Below, piece by piece: positions 20,478-29,987 of a stretch of DNA of 64,000 nucleotides. This DNA comes from Promethearchaeota archaeon (GTDB lineage Archaea; Asgardarchaeota; Thorarchaeia; Thorarchaeales; Thorarchaeaceae): contig JBHLPF010000002.1 of the NCBI GenBank assembly GCA_048939765.1, forward strand, positions 32,001 to 96,000. The letters run 5' to 3'. A program made the translations under genes and the position numbers. Position 1 is the first letter of the stretch. Every line of letters begins with the position of its first letter. Below the pieces are notes generated by a model. It was not told the DNA's origin. It ran no database searches and was given only the letters and a program-made list of their open reading frames with translations.

Positions 20478-20882
20478 TTGAGTGACGAGATTCCCGAACG
20501 AAGCGAAATTATACGATCTACAATCATCACGATTATTCTTACAGTGGTACTATTGAGTGTGGGATTAGCACTATGGGCATGGTCTTCTCCAGAGGTCATC
20601 GAAACCGAATTGAGTCCTATTGACGTGCTCAACGACATTAATCCATTTCTTGCTCCTATCATTGAGATACTTGTCATGTCTGGCATGTTTCTCTTTCTCA
20701 CAATCACAGTGGTCAATATTCGTCTCTATCTGACTCAAATCCGAGCAGGATGGACGGAGCTGATTCTCCTTCTCATCGTAGTCTTTGTGATGACCTTCCT
20801 GATGTTCGAATCTGGTGTTGCAATAGTCACACTGTTGCTCTCATTGGCAATCGTTGTGTATCTATACATGTTGCAAGAGTGA
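20478..20882 (+). CDS. Small 4-TM membrane protein of unknown function
   Basis: TTG start after GGTGTG; four hydrophobic segments. Confidence 0.7.
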   Translation: MSDEIPERSEIIRSTIITIILTVVLLSVGLALWAWSSPEVIETELSPIDVLNDINPFLAPIIEILVMSGMFLFLTITVVNIRLYLTQIRAGWTELILLLIVVFVMTFLMFESGVAIVTLLLSLAIVVYLYMLQE

Positions 20883-21072
20883 ATCTCTACATTCACACCA
20901 GAAGCTTTATGAGTCTAGGTCAACGAAGGCCATTTGAGCCTAGAATGCAGAAATGCCGAGGGCTGGGAAAATAAAGGAGTTTGACAGTATCTATTCGGAA
21001 TTGTCAGGCGTTGCCCACTATGAGGCTCTGGCTTCCGGATTGATACAGGTTGACTACTTGGAGGAAAGCACC

Positions 21073-21813
21073 GTGTTTGGTTTACCCGGACAAGGCTATG
21101 ATATGTCTACAAGCATTTTCAGTCCTGAAGGACGAATCTTCGCAGCGGAATATGCCAAGAAGGCAGTCGAACAAGGAGCCACGTCAATTGGAATCCTTGT
21201 TAATGAAGGGATTATCCTGCTCGCTGAGAAGAACATAAAGGAACTTCAAGAACCAGACAGCATTGAGAAGATCTCTAAGATTGATGATCACATTGGTGTG
21301 GCAACATCTGGTCTTATGGCTGATGCTCGAAAACTAATACAGGAAGCCCGAATCAAGGCTCAGTCATATTGGCTAACATACGAGGAGCCTATTCCTGGAG
21401 AAGTGCTAGCTGAGCACATCTGTGATGTGAAGGCTCAGTTCACTCAGGGAGGTGGAGCGAGACCCTACGGTGTTGCAATGATCATCGGTTCTATGGACCA
21501 TGATGATTCGCCAAGGCTCTTTGTGACGGATCCGGTGGGTACATACTGGGGATATTTGGCTGTAGTAATTGGTCGAGGAAGCGCAAGAGCTGGAGAGTAC
21601 TTAGAAGGCAAGTATGATCTTAGTAAGAAACAGACTCTTGATCAGGCCATACAACTTGCTCTCGAAGCACTTCGTCAAGCCACCGAAGCGGATCTCTCTG
21701 CTGACAATGTAGAAATCGCCAAGATTCCTGTCAGCACCCGGAAATTCGAGAAGCTCAGCAGATCTGATACGCAGGCCATCTTGGATCCCTCCAGTACAAA
21801 GGCGAATGAATAG
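21073..21813 (+). CDS. psmA: Proteasome alpha subunit
   Basis: GTG start gives MFGLPGQGYD...IFSPEGR..EYA; GATSIG, KIDDHIG, SGLMADAR, RPYGV, TDPVG. Confidence 0.95.
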   Translation: MFGLPGQGYDMSTSIFSPEGRIFAAEYAKKAVEQGATSIGILVNEGIILLAEKNIKELQEPDSIEKISKIDDHIGVATSGLMADARKLIQEARIKAQSYWLTYEEPIPGEVLAEHICDVKAQFTQGGGARPYGVAMIIGSMDHDDSPRLFVTDPVGTYWGYLAVVIGRGSARAGEYLEGKYDLSKKQTLDQAIQLALEALRQATEADLSADNVEIAKIPVSTRKFEKLSRSDTQAILDPSSTKANE

Positions 21814-21830
21814 GAGTGGACTGCCGCTTG

Positions 21831-22553
21831 ATGGGTTCAGGGAAGAAATCCGGCGAAAAATGGCTTGAACTTGATGCTGTCGTCATTGGAATTCAAAAGG
21901 GCCACCTGCGATTTGAGATATTTGTTGATCCGGACCTGGCCTTTGAATTCAGACGAGGCGAAGACATCCCGATCGAGGAAATCTTGAAGAGTTATGACCT
22001 ATACGAAGATGCCAAGAGAGGAGAACGTGCATCTGATGAGCTTGCAGAAGAGGAGTTTGGGTCGTCTGATGTCTTTCAGATAGCGCCAATTATACTCAAG
22101 GATGGAGAGTTCAGACTCACCCATGAGCAGCGCAACCAGCTTGTAAAGGAGAAGACCGAAGCAATAATCGAGAGCATCTCTAAGCGGGCAATGAATCCGC
22201 AGACAGGGCATCCTCATCCGCCTGACAGAATTAGGCAGGCTATGGAGGAGGCAAAGGTCCATGTCGACCCCTTCATCAAGGTGGACGAACAAATCCCCGG
22301 AATTGTGAAAGCTCTCTTGGTGATTATCCCTATCTCATTTGAGAGTGTCAAGCTTCAGATCACTCTTCCAGCAGCCTTCTCAGGGAAGGGCTACAATCTA
22401 GTTGCAAATGCTGGACTAATCAAGTCCGAGGCGTGGGCACAGAACGGGGAATGGTCTGGCATGGTTGAAATCCCTGCATCAAAACGACAAGAACTCTATG
22501 ATGATCTGAACAAGCTCTGCAAAGGACAAGTAAGGATAGAGACCGTTCGATAG
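21831..22553 (+). CDS. sdo1: Ribosome maturation factor SBDS/Sdo1
   Basis: RFEIFVDP, DAKRGERAS, NPQTGHPHPPDRI; conserved position after psmA. Confidence 0.93.
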   Translation: MGSGKKSGEKWLELDAVVIGIQKGHLRFEIFVDPDLAFEFRRGEDIPIEEILKSYDLYEDAKRGERASDELAEEEFGSSDVFQIAPIILKDGEFRLTHEQRNQLVKEKTEAIIESISKRAMNPQTGHPHPPDRIRQAMEEAKVHVDPFIKVDEQIPGIVKALLVIIPISFESVKLQITLPAAFSGKGYNLVANAGLIKSEAWAQNGEWSGMVEIPASKRQELYDDLNKLCKGQVRIETVR

Positions 22554-22597
22554 CGGTTGAGAATATTGATGATAACAATTTGAAATGAGGGAATACA

Positions 22598-23539
22598 TTG
22601 GCTGTATACTTTCAAAAACGAGAAGTAGTGGTCCCGGGGCAATTATTGGCCGAAGGCAGATATCGTGCCTCTTTTGGGACCTATGACGACGGAGATAAGA
22701 TATACTCCGCATTGGTAGGCCTCGCTGAGCTGCGGGGCAATACTGTAAAAGTGGTTGCACTTGAGGGGGTTTATATCCCTCGCGAGGGCGACCTGGTCCT
22801 CGGAACCATTACAATGGTGATGGGGAATAACTGGAAGGTGGACATCGGAGGGCCATACCTCGCATCTCTTCATGCAAATAATGCTCTACGACGGCCATAT
22901 GATGACGATATCAGCAGATACATGGACATAGGTGATGTTATTGCTGCTGAAGTAATTGCATTCGACAGGGTGACAGGACCTTTCCTCGGGATGAAAGGAA
23001 GAGGGCTCAGGCGTCTGGATTCCGGAATGATTCTTGAAATCCGCCCGGCAAAGATTCCTCGCGTGATTGGAAGACGGGGATCGATGATCAACATGATTCA
23101 GGACATACTCAAAATCCAGACTATGGTTGGTCAGAATGGCCGGATTTGGATTCGCACACCCAACACTGAGGTCATGCGTCTAGCAGTAAAGGCGTTCAAG
23201 ATGATTGAAGCCCAGGCACACACATCGAAGCTCACCGATCGTGTGAAGGCGATGCTTGAGGAGGAAATGGCCAATATTCGTGGTGATGAGCCTCTAGAGG
23301 ATATGCCCGATGAGTCGATGGAGATGGAGGATTCTGAGGAATCTGAAGGCTCTGGCGAACCTGTTGAAGAAATCAAAGAGGAGGACACGGCTGAAGGTGA
23401 GGAGCCAGTGGTGACTGAAGAGCCTCTTGAAAATGATGTTGCTGATGAGGCAATTGAAGACTCACCTGAAGATGTTAAAGAAGAAGAAACCGAGTCCGAA
23501 GAGAATGATAGTGAAACTACGGAGGAAGTGAGTGAATAA
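22598..23539 (+). CDS. rrp4: Exosome RNA-binding subunit Rrp4 with a long acidic C-terminal tail
   Basis: VVPGQLL, YIPREGDLVLG (S1), IPRVIGRRGSM (KH), GQNGRIW. Confidence 0.95.
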   Translation: MAVYFQKREVVVPGQLLAEGRYRASFGTYDDGDKIYSALVGLAELRGNTVKVVALEGVYIPREGDLVLGTITMVMGNNWKVDIGGPYLASLHANNALRRPYDDDISRYMDIGDVIAAEVIAFDRVTGPFLGMKGRGLRRLDSGMILEIRPAKIPRVIGRRGSMINMIQDILKIQTMVGQNGRIWIRTPNTEVMRLAVKAFKMIEAQAHTSKLTDRVKAMLEEEMANIRGDEPLEDMPDESMEMEDSEESEGSGEPVEEIKEEDTAEGEEPVVTEEPLENDVADEAIEDSPEDVKEEETESEENDSETTEEVSE

Positions 23540-24351
23540 TGAGTCCAGAAGTGAAACCTGACTCCTTGCTTAACGCTGAGGGCCTACGAGTTGATGGCAG
23601 AAGACTAGATGAGCTAAGGCCAATTCAAATGGAGGTTGGAGTGCTCAAGACTGCTGATGGTTCAGCCTCTATAAGGCAAGGCAAGACCTACATCATGGCA
23701 GCAGTCTACGGTCCACGAGAGCTACATCCTAGACATTTGACGTTGAATGATCGTGCATATCTTAGAGTTGTCTACAGAATGGCCACGTTCTCAGTTCCAG
23801 ACAGAAAGAGACCTGCACCATCTCGACGAGAACGTGAGATCTCGATGGTCATTGCTAATGCACTGCAACCAGTATTGTTCTTGGAGCAATATCCAAAGGC
23901 TGTGATTGATGTATTCATACAAGTCATTCAAGCTGATGGTGGCACAAGATGTGCTGCCATTAATGCAGCTTCGCTTGCATTAGCTGATGCAGGAATCCCG
24001 ATGAGGTCTCTTGTTCCTTCTGTTGCCGTGGGCAAAGCTGAAGGTAAACTAATTGTGGACCTTGGTGATGAAGAGGACAAATACGGGCAGGGTGATGTTC
24101 CACTAGCCATTCTTCCTGATACAAATGAACTGACACTATTGCAGCAGGATGGGTCATTCACACGTGAGGAGCTTGTTGAGGCAATGCAGATGGGAATTAA
24201 CGCCTGTAAATACCTGCATGAACTGCAGAAAGACGCTCTGAAGCGGTCGTACTCAAAAAGGGCTCCTGAGGATGATGACGAAGAGATGGACGACTACGAT
24301 GACGACCTTGAGACTGACCTCGGCGAAGCCGAGATAATGGAGGATGAGTAG
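23539..24351 (+). CDS. rrp41: Exosome core subunit Rrp41
   Basis: RVDGRRLDELRP, ADGSA, VYGPRE, QADGGTR, GDVP. Confidence 0.96.
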   Translation: MSPEVKPDSLLNAEGLRVDGRRLDELRPIQMEVGVLKTADGSASIRQGKTYIMAAVYGPRELHPRHLTLNDRAYLRVVYRMATFSVPDRKRPAPSRREREISMVIANALQPVLFLEQYPKAVIDVFIQVIQADGGTRCAAINAASLALADAGIPMRSLVPSVAVGKAEGKLIVDLGDEEDKYGQGDVPLAILPDTNELTLLQQDGSFTREELVEAMQMGINACKYLHELQKDALKRSYSKRAPEDDDEEMDDYDDDLETDLGEAEIMEDE

Positions 24352-25180
24352 AATGACTGATTTCAGCTCAGAAATCATCAGCCACATTGACAGGGGCTAT
24401 GTTGCAGACCTGCTGAACAAAGGTGAAAGGGTTGACGGTCGAGCCTTTGACGAATATCGAGAAATTGTCATTGAACCTAATCCCGTGGCTGCAAAGGCAG
24501 AAGGATCTGCAATTGTACGGATTGGCGGCACATCTGTCGTTGCTGGCGTGAAGGTACTGACAGGAGCACCCTATCCAGACACGCCCGATGAAGGTGTGAC
24601 AATGGTAACAGCTGAAATGGCACCCATGGCTTCTCCTCTATTCGAGTTGGGTCCCCCAAAGGAACCCGCCATCGAACTGGCAAGAGTTGTTGACAGAGGA
24701 GTCCGTGAGTCAGAGACAATGGATGCCAAGGCCCTTTGCATTAAGCCAGGGAAGCTTGTGTATATGGTCTTTGCAGATGTCTATACACTCGAATATGATG
24801 GCAATCTGATTGATGCATCATCAATAGCGGTTAATTCTGCGCTAGTCGGAACCAGGTTTCCAGAAGTCAAGCTGGAAGATGATAAGGAAGTAGCCACTGG
24901 CAAGATGCTCGCTCTGCCTCTTCAGAATATGGCAATAGAACATACTGTTGCTAAAATTGGAGAGCACCTAGTCATCGATCCTGTCATCAAGGAAGAGATG
25001 GTCATGGATTGCCGTCTAACCATGGCGGTTGACAAAGACGATAACTTCACCGCTATGCAGAAAGGTGGAGGCGTAGGCCCTATGTCGCTCGAGATGATTG
25101 ACCATTCAATGGGCATGGCTCTTGAGAGGTCAAAAGAGATTCGAGAGCTCATAGACGAAGCAATGAAGTCCGCAGAATAG
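24344..25180 (+). CDS. rrp42: Exosome core subunit Rrp42
   Basis: RVDGRAFDEYR, AEGSA, PYPDTPDEG, ELARVVDRGVRES, YDGNLID, MQKGG. Confidence 0.96.
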   Translation: MSRMTDFSSEIISHIDRGYVADLLNKGERVDGRAFDEYREIVIEPNPVAAKAEGSAIVRIGGTSVVAGVKVLTGAPYPDTPDEGVTMVTAEMAPMASPLFELGPPKEPAIELARVVDRGVRESETMDAKALCIKPGKLVYMVFADVYTLEYDGNLIDASSIAVNSALVGTRFPEVKLEDDKEVATGKMLALPLQNMAIEHTVAKIGEHLVIDPVIKEEMVMDCRLTMAVDKDDNFTAMQKGGGVGPMSLEMIDHSMGMALERSKEIRELIDEAMKSAE

Positions 25181-25275
25181 GAACAGATGCGTGTCTCAGT
25201 CAATCTGGGATACGCTCTCTTCTCTTCACCGATAGATATGCTAATAAGCGAAATCGTTGGGCGACTGATAGACTC

Positions 25276-25297
25276 GGAGCGCCAAGTCAGGCGCTCC
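25276..25297 (+). promoter_or_regulatory. GC-rich hairpin in the rpl37ae leader
   Basis: GGAGCGCC-AAGTCA-GGCGCTCC is a perfect 8-bp stem ending 27 nt before the TTG start. Confidence 0.45.
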
Positions 25298-25324
25298 TAA
25301 TGACCACACCAGGAGAATACCGGT

Positions 25325-25732
25325 TTGGGAAGAAAGACAAAGAAAGTTGGCAGCACTGGAAGACTTGGTGCTAGGTACGGGGCGAAACTACGACGCAGAG
25401 TGCTTGATATCGAGAAACGTCGTGCTGAACCGCAGCGTTGCCCGTCCTGTGCCACAAGAGCCCTCACCAGAGAAGCTGTTGGTCTGTGGAGCTGCAAGAA
25501 GTGTGGTCTGAGTTTTGCTGGCGGAGCATATGTTCCATTCACAGATGCAGGTAAGGCTGCTAAACGTGCCATTGCACAGAGGGTTTCAGGTGACTTTCTT
25601 GCCTTGAGAGACGAAGACGAAATCGTCGACCCTTCTGAGTTCCTTCCTAACATTGAGGAGGAAGTGGCTGTAGCAGTTTCCATTGATGATGAATCGGATG
25701 TTCCCGTTGAGGAACCTGAGGCTAGTGACTAG
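25325..25732 (+). CDS. rpl37ae: Ribosomal protein eL43 (L37ae) with acidic extension
   Basis: KKVGSTGRLGARYG, CPSC...WSCKKC..FAGGAY. Confidence 0.96.
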   Translation: MGRKTKKVGSTGRLGARYGAKLRRRVLDIEKRRAEPQRCPSCATRALTREAVGLWSCKKCGLSFAGGAYVPFTDAGKAAKRAIAQRVSGDFLALRDEDEIVDPSEFLPNIEEEVAVAVSIDDESDVPVEEPEASD

Positions 25733-25756
25733 CCGCTAACAGGGCAGTGAACTGCA

Positions 25757-26320
25757 TTGCCCCAAGCATTGATCACCACATCCCGAAAAACATCAAATCG
25801 AGTTCGCTCTTTTGTACGCGATCTCTGGTCTGTTCTACCCGGCACTGAAAGGTTCAACCGAGGAGGGATGAGTATCGATGAGTTGCGGTCAAGAGTGAAA
25901 CAATCCGGTGCGAAACTCGCCCTCATCGTTACAATATGGAAGGGCAATCCAAGAACTATCAGGTTTCTATATCCGCACGGTGATGATGCACTGGAAGTCA
26001 GAGTGGAGAGTGCTGCGCTTAGAAAAGAAGTTACGGGGAATAAGGCGCCTAGAATACAATCCCTTTATGGTGTAACTGTTGAAGAGAATTGTACACAAAA
26101 TGCCCGAGAGTTTGCTTCAGCTATTGCATCAATGCTTGGGACTGATGTGAAGAATGAACCACAGCCAGTGATTCTAGACGAAGCGGCTTCTGGCATGGTC
26201 GAGATAAGAGTTACCGACCTTCGCGGAGGCAAACTCCTTTGGACATTTTATCATGCGCATAATGGACTGGAGGTAGGTCCACGCATTCGAATTTCAAAAT
26301 TCTGGAGAGGATTGTCCTGA
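25757..26320 (+). CDS. Brix/Imp4-like ribosome biogenesis protein
   Basis: LITTSRKTS.RVRSF, NRGGMS, KGNP, EVGPRI. Confidence 0.88.
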   Translation: MPQALITTSRKTSNRVRSFVRDLWSVLPGTERFNRGGMSIDELRSRVKQSGAKLALIVTIWKGNPRTIRFLYPHGDDALEVRVESAALRKEVTGNKAPRIQSLYGVTVEENCTQNAREFASAIASMLGTDVKNEPQPVILDEAASGMVEIRVTDLRGGKLLWTFYHAHNGLEVGPRIRISKFWRGLS

Positions 26321-26580
26321 TACGACAAGGACGGGCCATTATCGAAATCCCAATGGAATCAGAAGAAATCGCCGAAACAATTCGTTCTGCATTAGATCCT
26401 GAGACAAACTCAGCTCCATCAGATAGAGCTCGTGCTGCAGTGATTATACGCGGCTCAGTCCTAGTCATTCAAATCTCATCTAGTGACTTGACTTCTTTAA
26501 GGGCTGCAATGAATTCGTATATCGCATGGGTTTCAGCGAGTCTTGAAACGATTAATGCAGTCCTAGGCCAAAATCCTTAA
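26317..26580 (+). CDS. pcc1: KEOPS subunit Pcc1 (probable CTG start; first ATG at 26353)
   Basis: AE.I.SALDPE...DLTSLRAAMNSY..W motif; conserved position between Brix and pfdB. Confidence 0.88.
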   Translation: MIRQGRAIIEIPMESEEIAETIRSALDPETNSAPSDRARAAVIIRGSVLVIQISSSDLTSLRAAMNSYIAWVSASLETINAVLGQNP

Positions 26581-26632
26581 GTCGCTTACCAGATGGCGCA
26601 GGCGAAGTTAACCTCGCAATTAGAGGGAGTAG

Positions 26633-27001
26633 ATGCATATGGCACAACAGATACCACCAGAAATTGAACATGAGATTATGAAGCTTGAGAATATGCGGCG
26701 TCAGTTCGAACAGCTAATGGCCGCAATACAGACCAGGCAGTCTGAATTAAGGGAATCAGAAATCACGCTTGAGGAATTGAAGAAGCAGCCTGATGATACA
26801 GTCACATACAAGTCTGTTGGCCAAATCATGTTTCAGGTTGACAAGGCACAACTCCAAGAGGAGCTGACGAGCAGAGTCAGTGACCTCAAGATTTGGCTGG
26901 AAGCCAAAACAAAGGGCGCTGAAAAGGATCGAAAAGAGATTGAAGAGTTAACAAAGAAGATTCAGCTCGATATCTCCACGCGAAACCTAAAGGTTCAGTG
27001 A
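26633..27001 (+). CDS. pfdB: Prefoldin beta subunit
   Basis: IPPE, coiled coils flanking the TYKSVGQIM hairpin. Confidence 0.92.
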   Translation: MHMAQQIPPEIEHEIMKLENMRRQFEQLMAAIQTRQSELRESEITLEELKKQPDDTVTYKSVGQIMFQVDKAQLQEELTSRVSDLKIWLEAKTKGAEKDRKEIEELTKKIQLDISTRNLKVQ

Positions 27002-27309
27002 ATCATATGTGTCCCACACCAACTGAGATTGGATTACCCAGTCTCAATGCTCGGCTGATAGAGAGTCTTGCGGAGGATTGTGAGGACGAGATAACCAAAT
27101 TCATTCTTGGCAAGATTCCTAGGAAGAGCGTGGCAGAAATCTCTGTTAGTTGTATTCTAGAATTCGATGAAGAGCTTGACGTCGACATCCAGATTGACCT
27201 TGAGCAGAGCTATGACACTGGGGACAACCTTGATGAGATTCTGGATGCTGCGACGCGATATGGTACTGAGTGGTTAGAGAAGCGCCTAAAGGAGCTGAAG
27301 GCAACTTGA
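26998..27309 (+). CDS. DUF3194-like acidic protein
   Basis: IGLP.L motif and acidic composition; conserved position after pfdB. Confidence 0.7.
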   Translation: MNHMCPTPTEIGLPSLNARLIESLAEDCEDEITKFILGKIPRKSVAEISVSCILEFDEELDVDIQIDLEQSYDTGDNLDEILDAATRYGTEWLEKRLKELKAT

Positions 27310-28304
27310 GCTCTAGATCTCTTCTTGCTGAATCATCGAACCCCCTGATATTGGGTCATCAGAATGCAGATCCTGATGCAGTGTGTTCCATGGTTGCAGT
27401 AAAAGAGCTCTACCTCGCACTACGCCCGGATGGCAACGTGACGCTCGTGTGTGATGATGTTAGCCGCTTATCCAATCAGGTGTTGAGTCATTTCTCATTA
27501 GATGTTGCTATTTCTGATTATTCAGAGGACACACATGATTTTGTCATCCTCTTGGACACAAATAGTGAATTTCAGCTGGGCCCTCGAGTGAGAACCCTTC
27601 TCACAGACCCTACGAGAACCCTTGCTATTGATCACCATGAAGAGACTGCGGATTTGTCATCAATTGCAACGCACCAGATAGTGGATAGCAATGCCTCATC
27701 CACATGCGAGCTCGTCATTGGCCTATATGATGACCTGGGAGTCCCAATATCGTCCAACGTAGCCAATCTGCTTCTTACAGGCATGATTTTTGATACTCGT
27801 CGTTTCTTCCACTCCGGACGCGAGTCTCTTCAAATGGCTGTGAAGCTCATCGACGCAGGTGCTGACTATGACTCGTGTGTAAGAGCATTGGTCATCAAGC
27901 CGGACCGATCTGAGAGAATCGCTAGACTGAAAGCTGCCGGACGATTGCAGGTTCACGATATGGGTGGTTGGATAGTCGCTGTTTCCAAGATAGGCGCCTA
28001 CGAGGCGAGTGCATGCAGAGCCTTGATTGAGATTGGTGCGGATGTTGCTATTGTTGCAGGAAAGACCACAAAGGGGGTCGTTAGATTCAGTTCTCGGAGC
28101 AGTCGTCACTTCTCCTCGGAAACTGGCGTCAACCTTGGGACTGATGTAATGGAGCCTATTGGGGAACTCATAGGGGGCGAAGGCGGGGGACACGCTAATG
28201 CAGCAGGGGCAAATGGCACAAAGAATCGAAGTGAGGGGCTGGCAAAGGCAATTGAGCTTCTCCAATTGGCAATAGAGAAAAGCACAGGAGAGAAGGTAGG
28301 CTAG
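27306..28304 (+). CDS. DHH/DHHA1 phosphoesterase
   Basis: HQNADPDA, LLDT, IDHH, FDT, GGGHANAAG; TTG start overlaps the upstream TGA. Confidence 0.92.
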   Translation: MSSRSLLAESSNPLILGHQNADPDAVCSMVAVKELYLALRPDGNVTLVCDDVSRLSNQVLSHFSLDVAISDYSEDTHDFVILLDTNSEFQLGPRVRTLLTDPTRTLAIDHHEETADLSSIATHQIVDSNASSTCELVIGLYDDLGVPISSNVANLLLTGMIFDTRRFFHSGRESLQMAVKLIDAGADYDSCVRALVIKPDRSERIARLKAAGRLQVHDMGGWIVAVSKIGAYEASACRALIEIGADVAIVAGKTTKGVVRFSSRSSRHFSSETGVNLGTDVMEPIGELIGGEGGGHANAAGANGTKNRSEGLAKAIELLQLAIEKSTGEKVG

Positions 28305-28311
28305 GAGGCAT

Positions 28312-29163
28312 TTGTCGATGGCCTTGGTCGAGTTTGCAGATTTCAGTTTCAAATACTTGGGAGCTGATTTTCTTGCTCTACGCAAGGTCAGTGTTTCAGT
28401 CAATGAAGGGGAATATGTTGTTATAACGGGCCCATCGGGATGCGGAAAAACAACTCTGTGCCGAGCTATCAATGGGCTAGTCCCGCATTTTCATCGAGGA
28501 TATATTGCAGGAAATGTGTACGTAGACGGACACAATACACGCGAAGCAACAGTTGCCCAACTGGCATCCACGGTAGGCTTGGTTTTTCAAAATCCAGCCA
28601 ACCAACTGGTCACATTGAATGTAGAGAAAGAGATTGCCTTTGGACCTGAGAATCTCGGTGTGGAGCCACAGGAGGTCAGGAATCGAGTTGAGGAGATTAT
28701 TGATCTTCTGAATCTTGAACATCTGCGAGATAAACATCCACATGAGATGAGTGGTGGCGAACAACAGCGACTTGCTATGGCTGCAACATTGGCACTCAAG
28801 CCTAAAGTCCTGGTGGCTGATGAACCAACCTCAAATCTTGATCCAAAGAGTGCTGAACTGATTCTAGAAATCATTGCTGAGCTTAACAAGCGAAATGGAA
28901 TGACGGTCATTCTTGTGGAGCATAGACTTGATCTAGTGGCCAAGGATGCATCTAGAGTAGTCCTGATGGATAGGGGGCAGATTGTGGCTGACGGGCCACC
29001 CCGAGACATTCTGCCCATGGACATCTCTATGGAAATTGGAGTAGGGGTTCCAAAAGCAACCCAAGTTTACAGACGACTTCAAGCCAAGGGAATAGAACTA
29101 GGCCGAGTTCCTCTCACTGGTGAGGAGCTTGCGACTTTAGTTGGGGAGGTGCCCCATCAGTGA
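28312..29163 (+). CDS. ecfA1: ECF transporter ATPase A
   Basis: GPSGCGKTT, VFQNP..Q, MSGGEQQR, DEPTSNLD, VEH. Confidence 0.92.
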   Translation: MSMALVEFADFSFKYLGADFLALRKVSVSVNEGEYVVITGPSGCGKTTLCRAINGLVPHFHRGYIAGNVYVDGHNTREATVAQLASTVGLVFQNPANQLVTLNVEKEIAFGPENLGVEPQEVRNRVEEIIDLLNLEHLRDKHPHEMSGGEQQRLAMAATLALKPKVLVADEPTSNLDPKSAELILEIIAELNKRNGMTVILVEHRLDLVAKDASRVVLMDRGQIVADGPPRDILPMDISMEIGVGVPKATQVYRRLQAKGIELGRVPLTGEELATLVGEVPHQ

Positions 29164-29987
29164 TAATTGTGGAGGACGTGCATTATACCTATGATGGTAT
29201 CTATACTGCTCTCCAAGGAGTGTCCTTGCAGATTGAGAAGGGTGAAAGAGTTGCCATTATGGGAACCAACGGAGCAGGAAAAACGACTCTAATCAAGCAT
29301 ATGAATGGGCTTCTTCGACCTCAGCAAGGAAGAGTGATTGTGGATGGTATCGATGCGAAATCTCTCTCTATCGCTGAGCTCTCGAGGACTGTTGGTCTTG
29401 TCTGGCAGAACCCTGACCACCAGCTGTTTCTTGATAGTGTCAAGAAGGAGATTGAGTTCGGACTGAAGAACCTTGGCTTCACCACAGAGGAGGCTGAGGA
29501 AAAGTGTGTCAAGACACTTCAGGATCTTGGACTGGAAGGATTTGCAGAGAGATCTCCCTTTGCTCTTTCCGGAGGCGAAAGAAAGCGAGTCGCATTAGCA
29601 ACTGTATTGGCGACGGAGCCGCAGGTTCTTGCACTAGATGAACCTACTATTGGACAAGACGCTCACCAGAAAGAACGACTTGCTCGCATGTTGATCGATC
29701 TCAACGAGCGAGGGCGCACAGTTATTGTTGTGACTCACGATGTTGAGTTTGTTATTGAAAACTTTCCACGAACCATCGCAATGGCTGAGGGACGAATTGT
29801 TGCAGACGGTTCGACTGGGGCAGTCTTGAGTCATGATGATGTTCTGGAACGCTGTTCTCTGACACCTCCACAGTTGACAGTGGCAGCACGGACACTTCAC
29901 AGAGTCTTTCCACAGGTACCTGCGCGTCTATCCCTGCTATCGGAATTGGAGGAAGCGGTCTCTGAGATACTCGGAGGTACGACGTGA
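29160..29987 (+). CDS. ecfA2: ECF transporter ATPase A'
   Basis: GTNGAGKTT, WQNPDHQL, LSGGERKR, DEPT.GQD, VTHD. Confidence 0.92.
   Translation: MIIVEDVHYTYDGIYTALQGVSLQIEKGERVAIMGTNGAGKTTLIKHMNGLLRPQQGRVIVDGIDAKSLSIAELSRTVGLVWQNPDHQLFLDSVKKEIEFGLKNLGFTTEEAEEKCVKTLQDLGLEGFAERSPFALSGGERKRVALATVLATEPQVLALDEPTIGQDAHQKERLARMLIDLNERGRTVIVVTHDVEFVIENFPRTIAMAEGRIVADGSTGAVLSHDDVLERCSLTPPQLTVAARTLHRVFPQVPARLSLLSELEEAVSEILGGTT

Noticed and set aside
20953-21072. 40-aa N-terminal extension on PsmA
   Set aside because: GTG at 21073 gives the standard MF...GYD N-terminus with an SD (GGAGG); the upstream sequence is better read as leader.
25264-25305. SECIS-like reading (UGA...AA loop...GA) of the rpl37ae leader hairpin
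   Set aside because: The lower helix pairs poorly and no neighbouring gene has an in-frame TGA at a Cys-equivalent position.
27723-28472. 249-aa antisense ORF and similar long shadow ORFs (e.g. 55536-56144, 31307-31876)
   Set aside because: They lie opposite well-supported genes and have no recognisable motifs.
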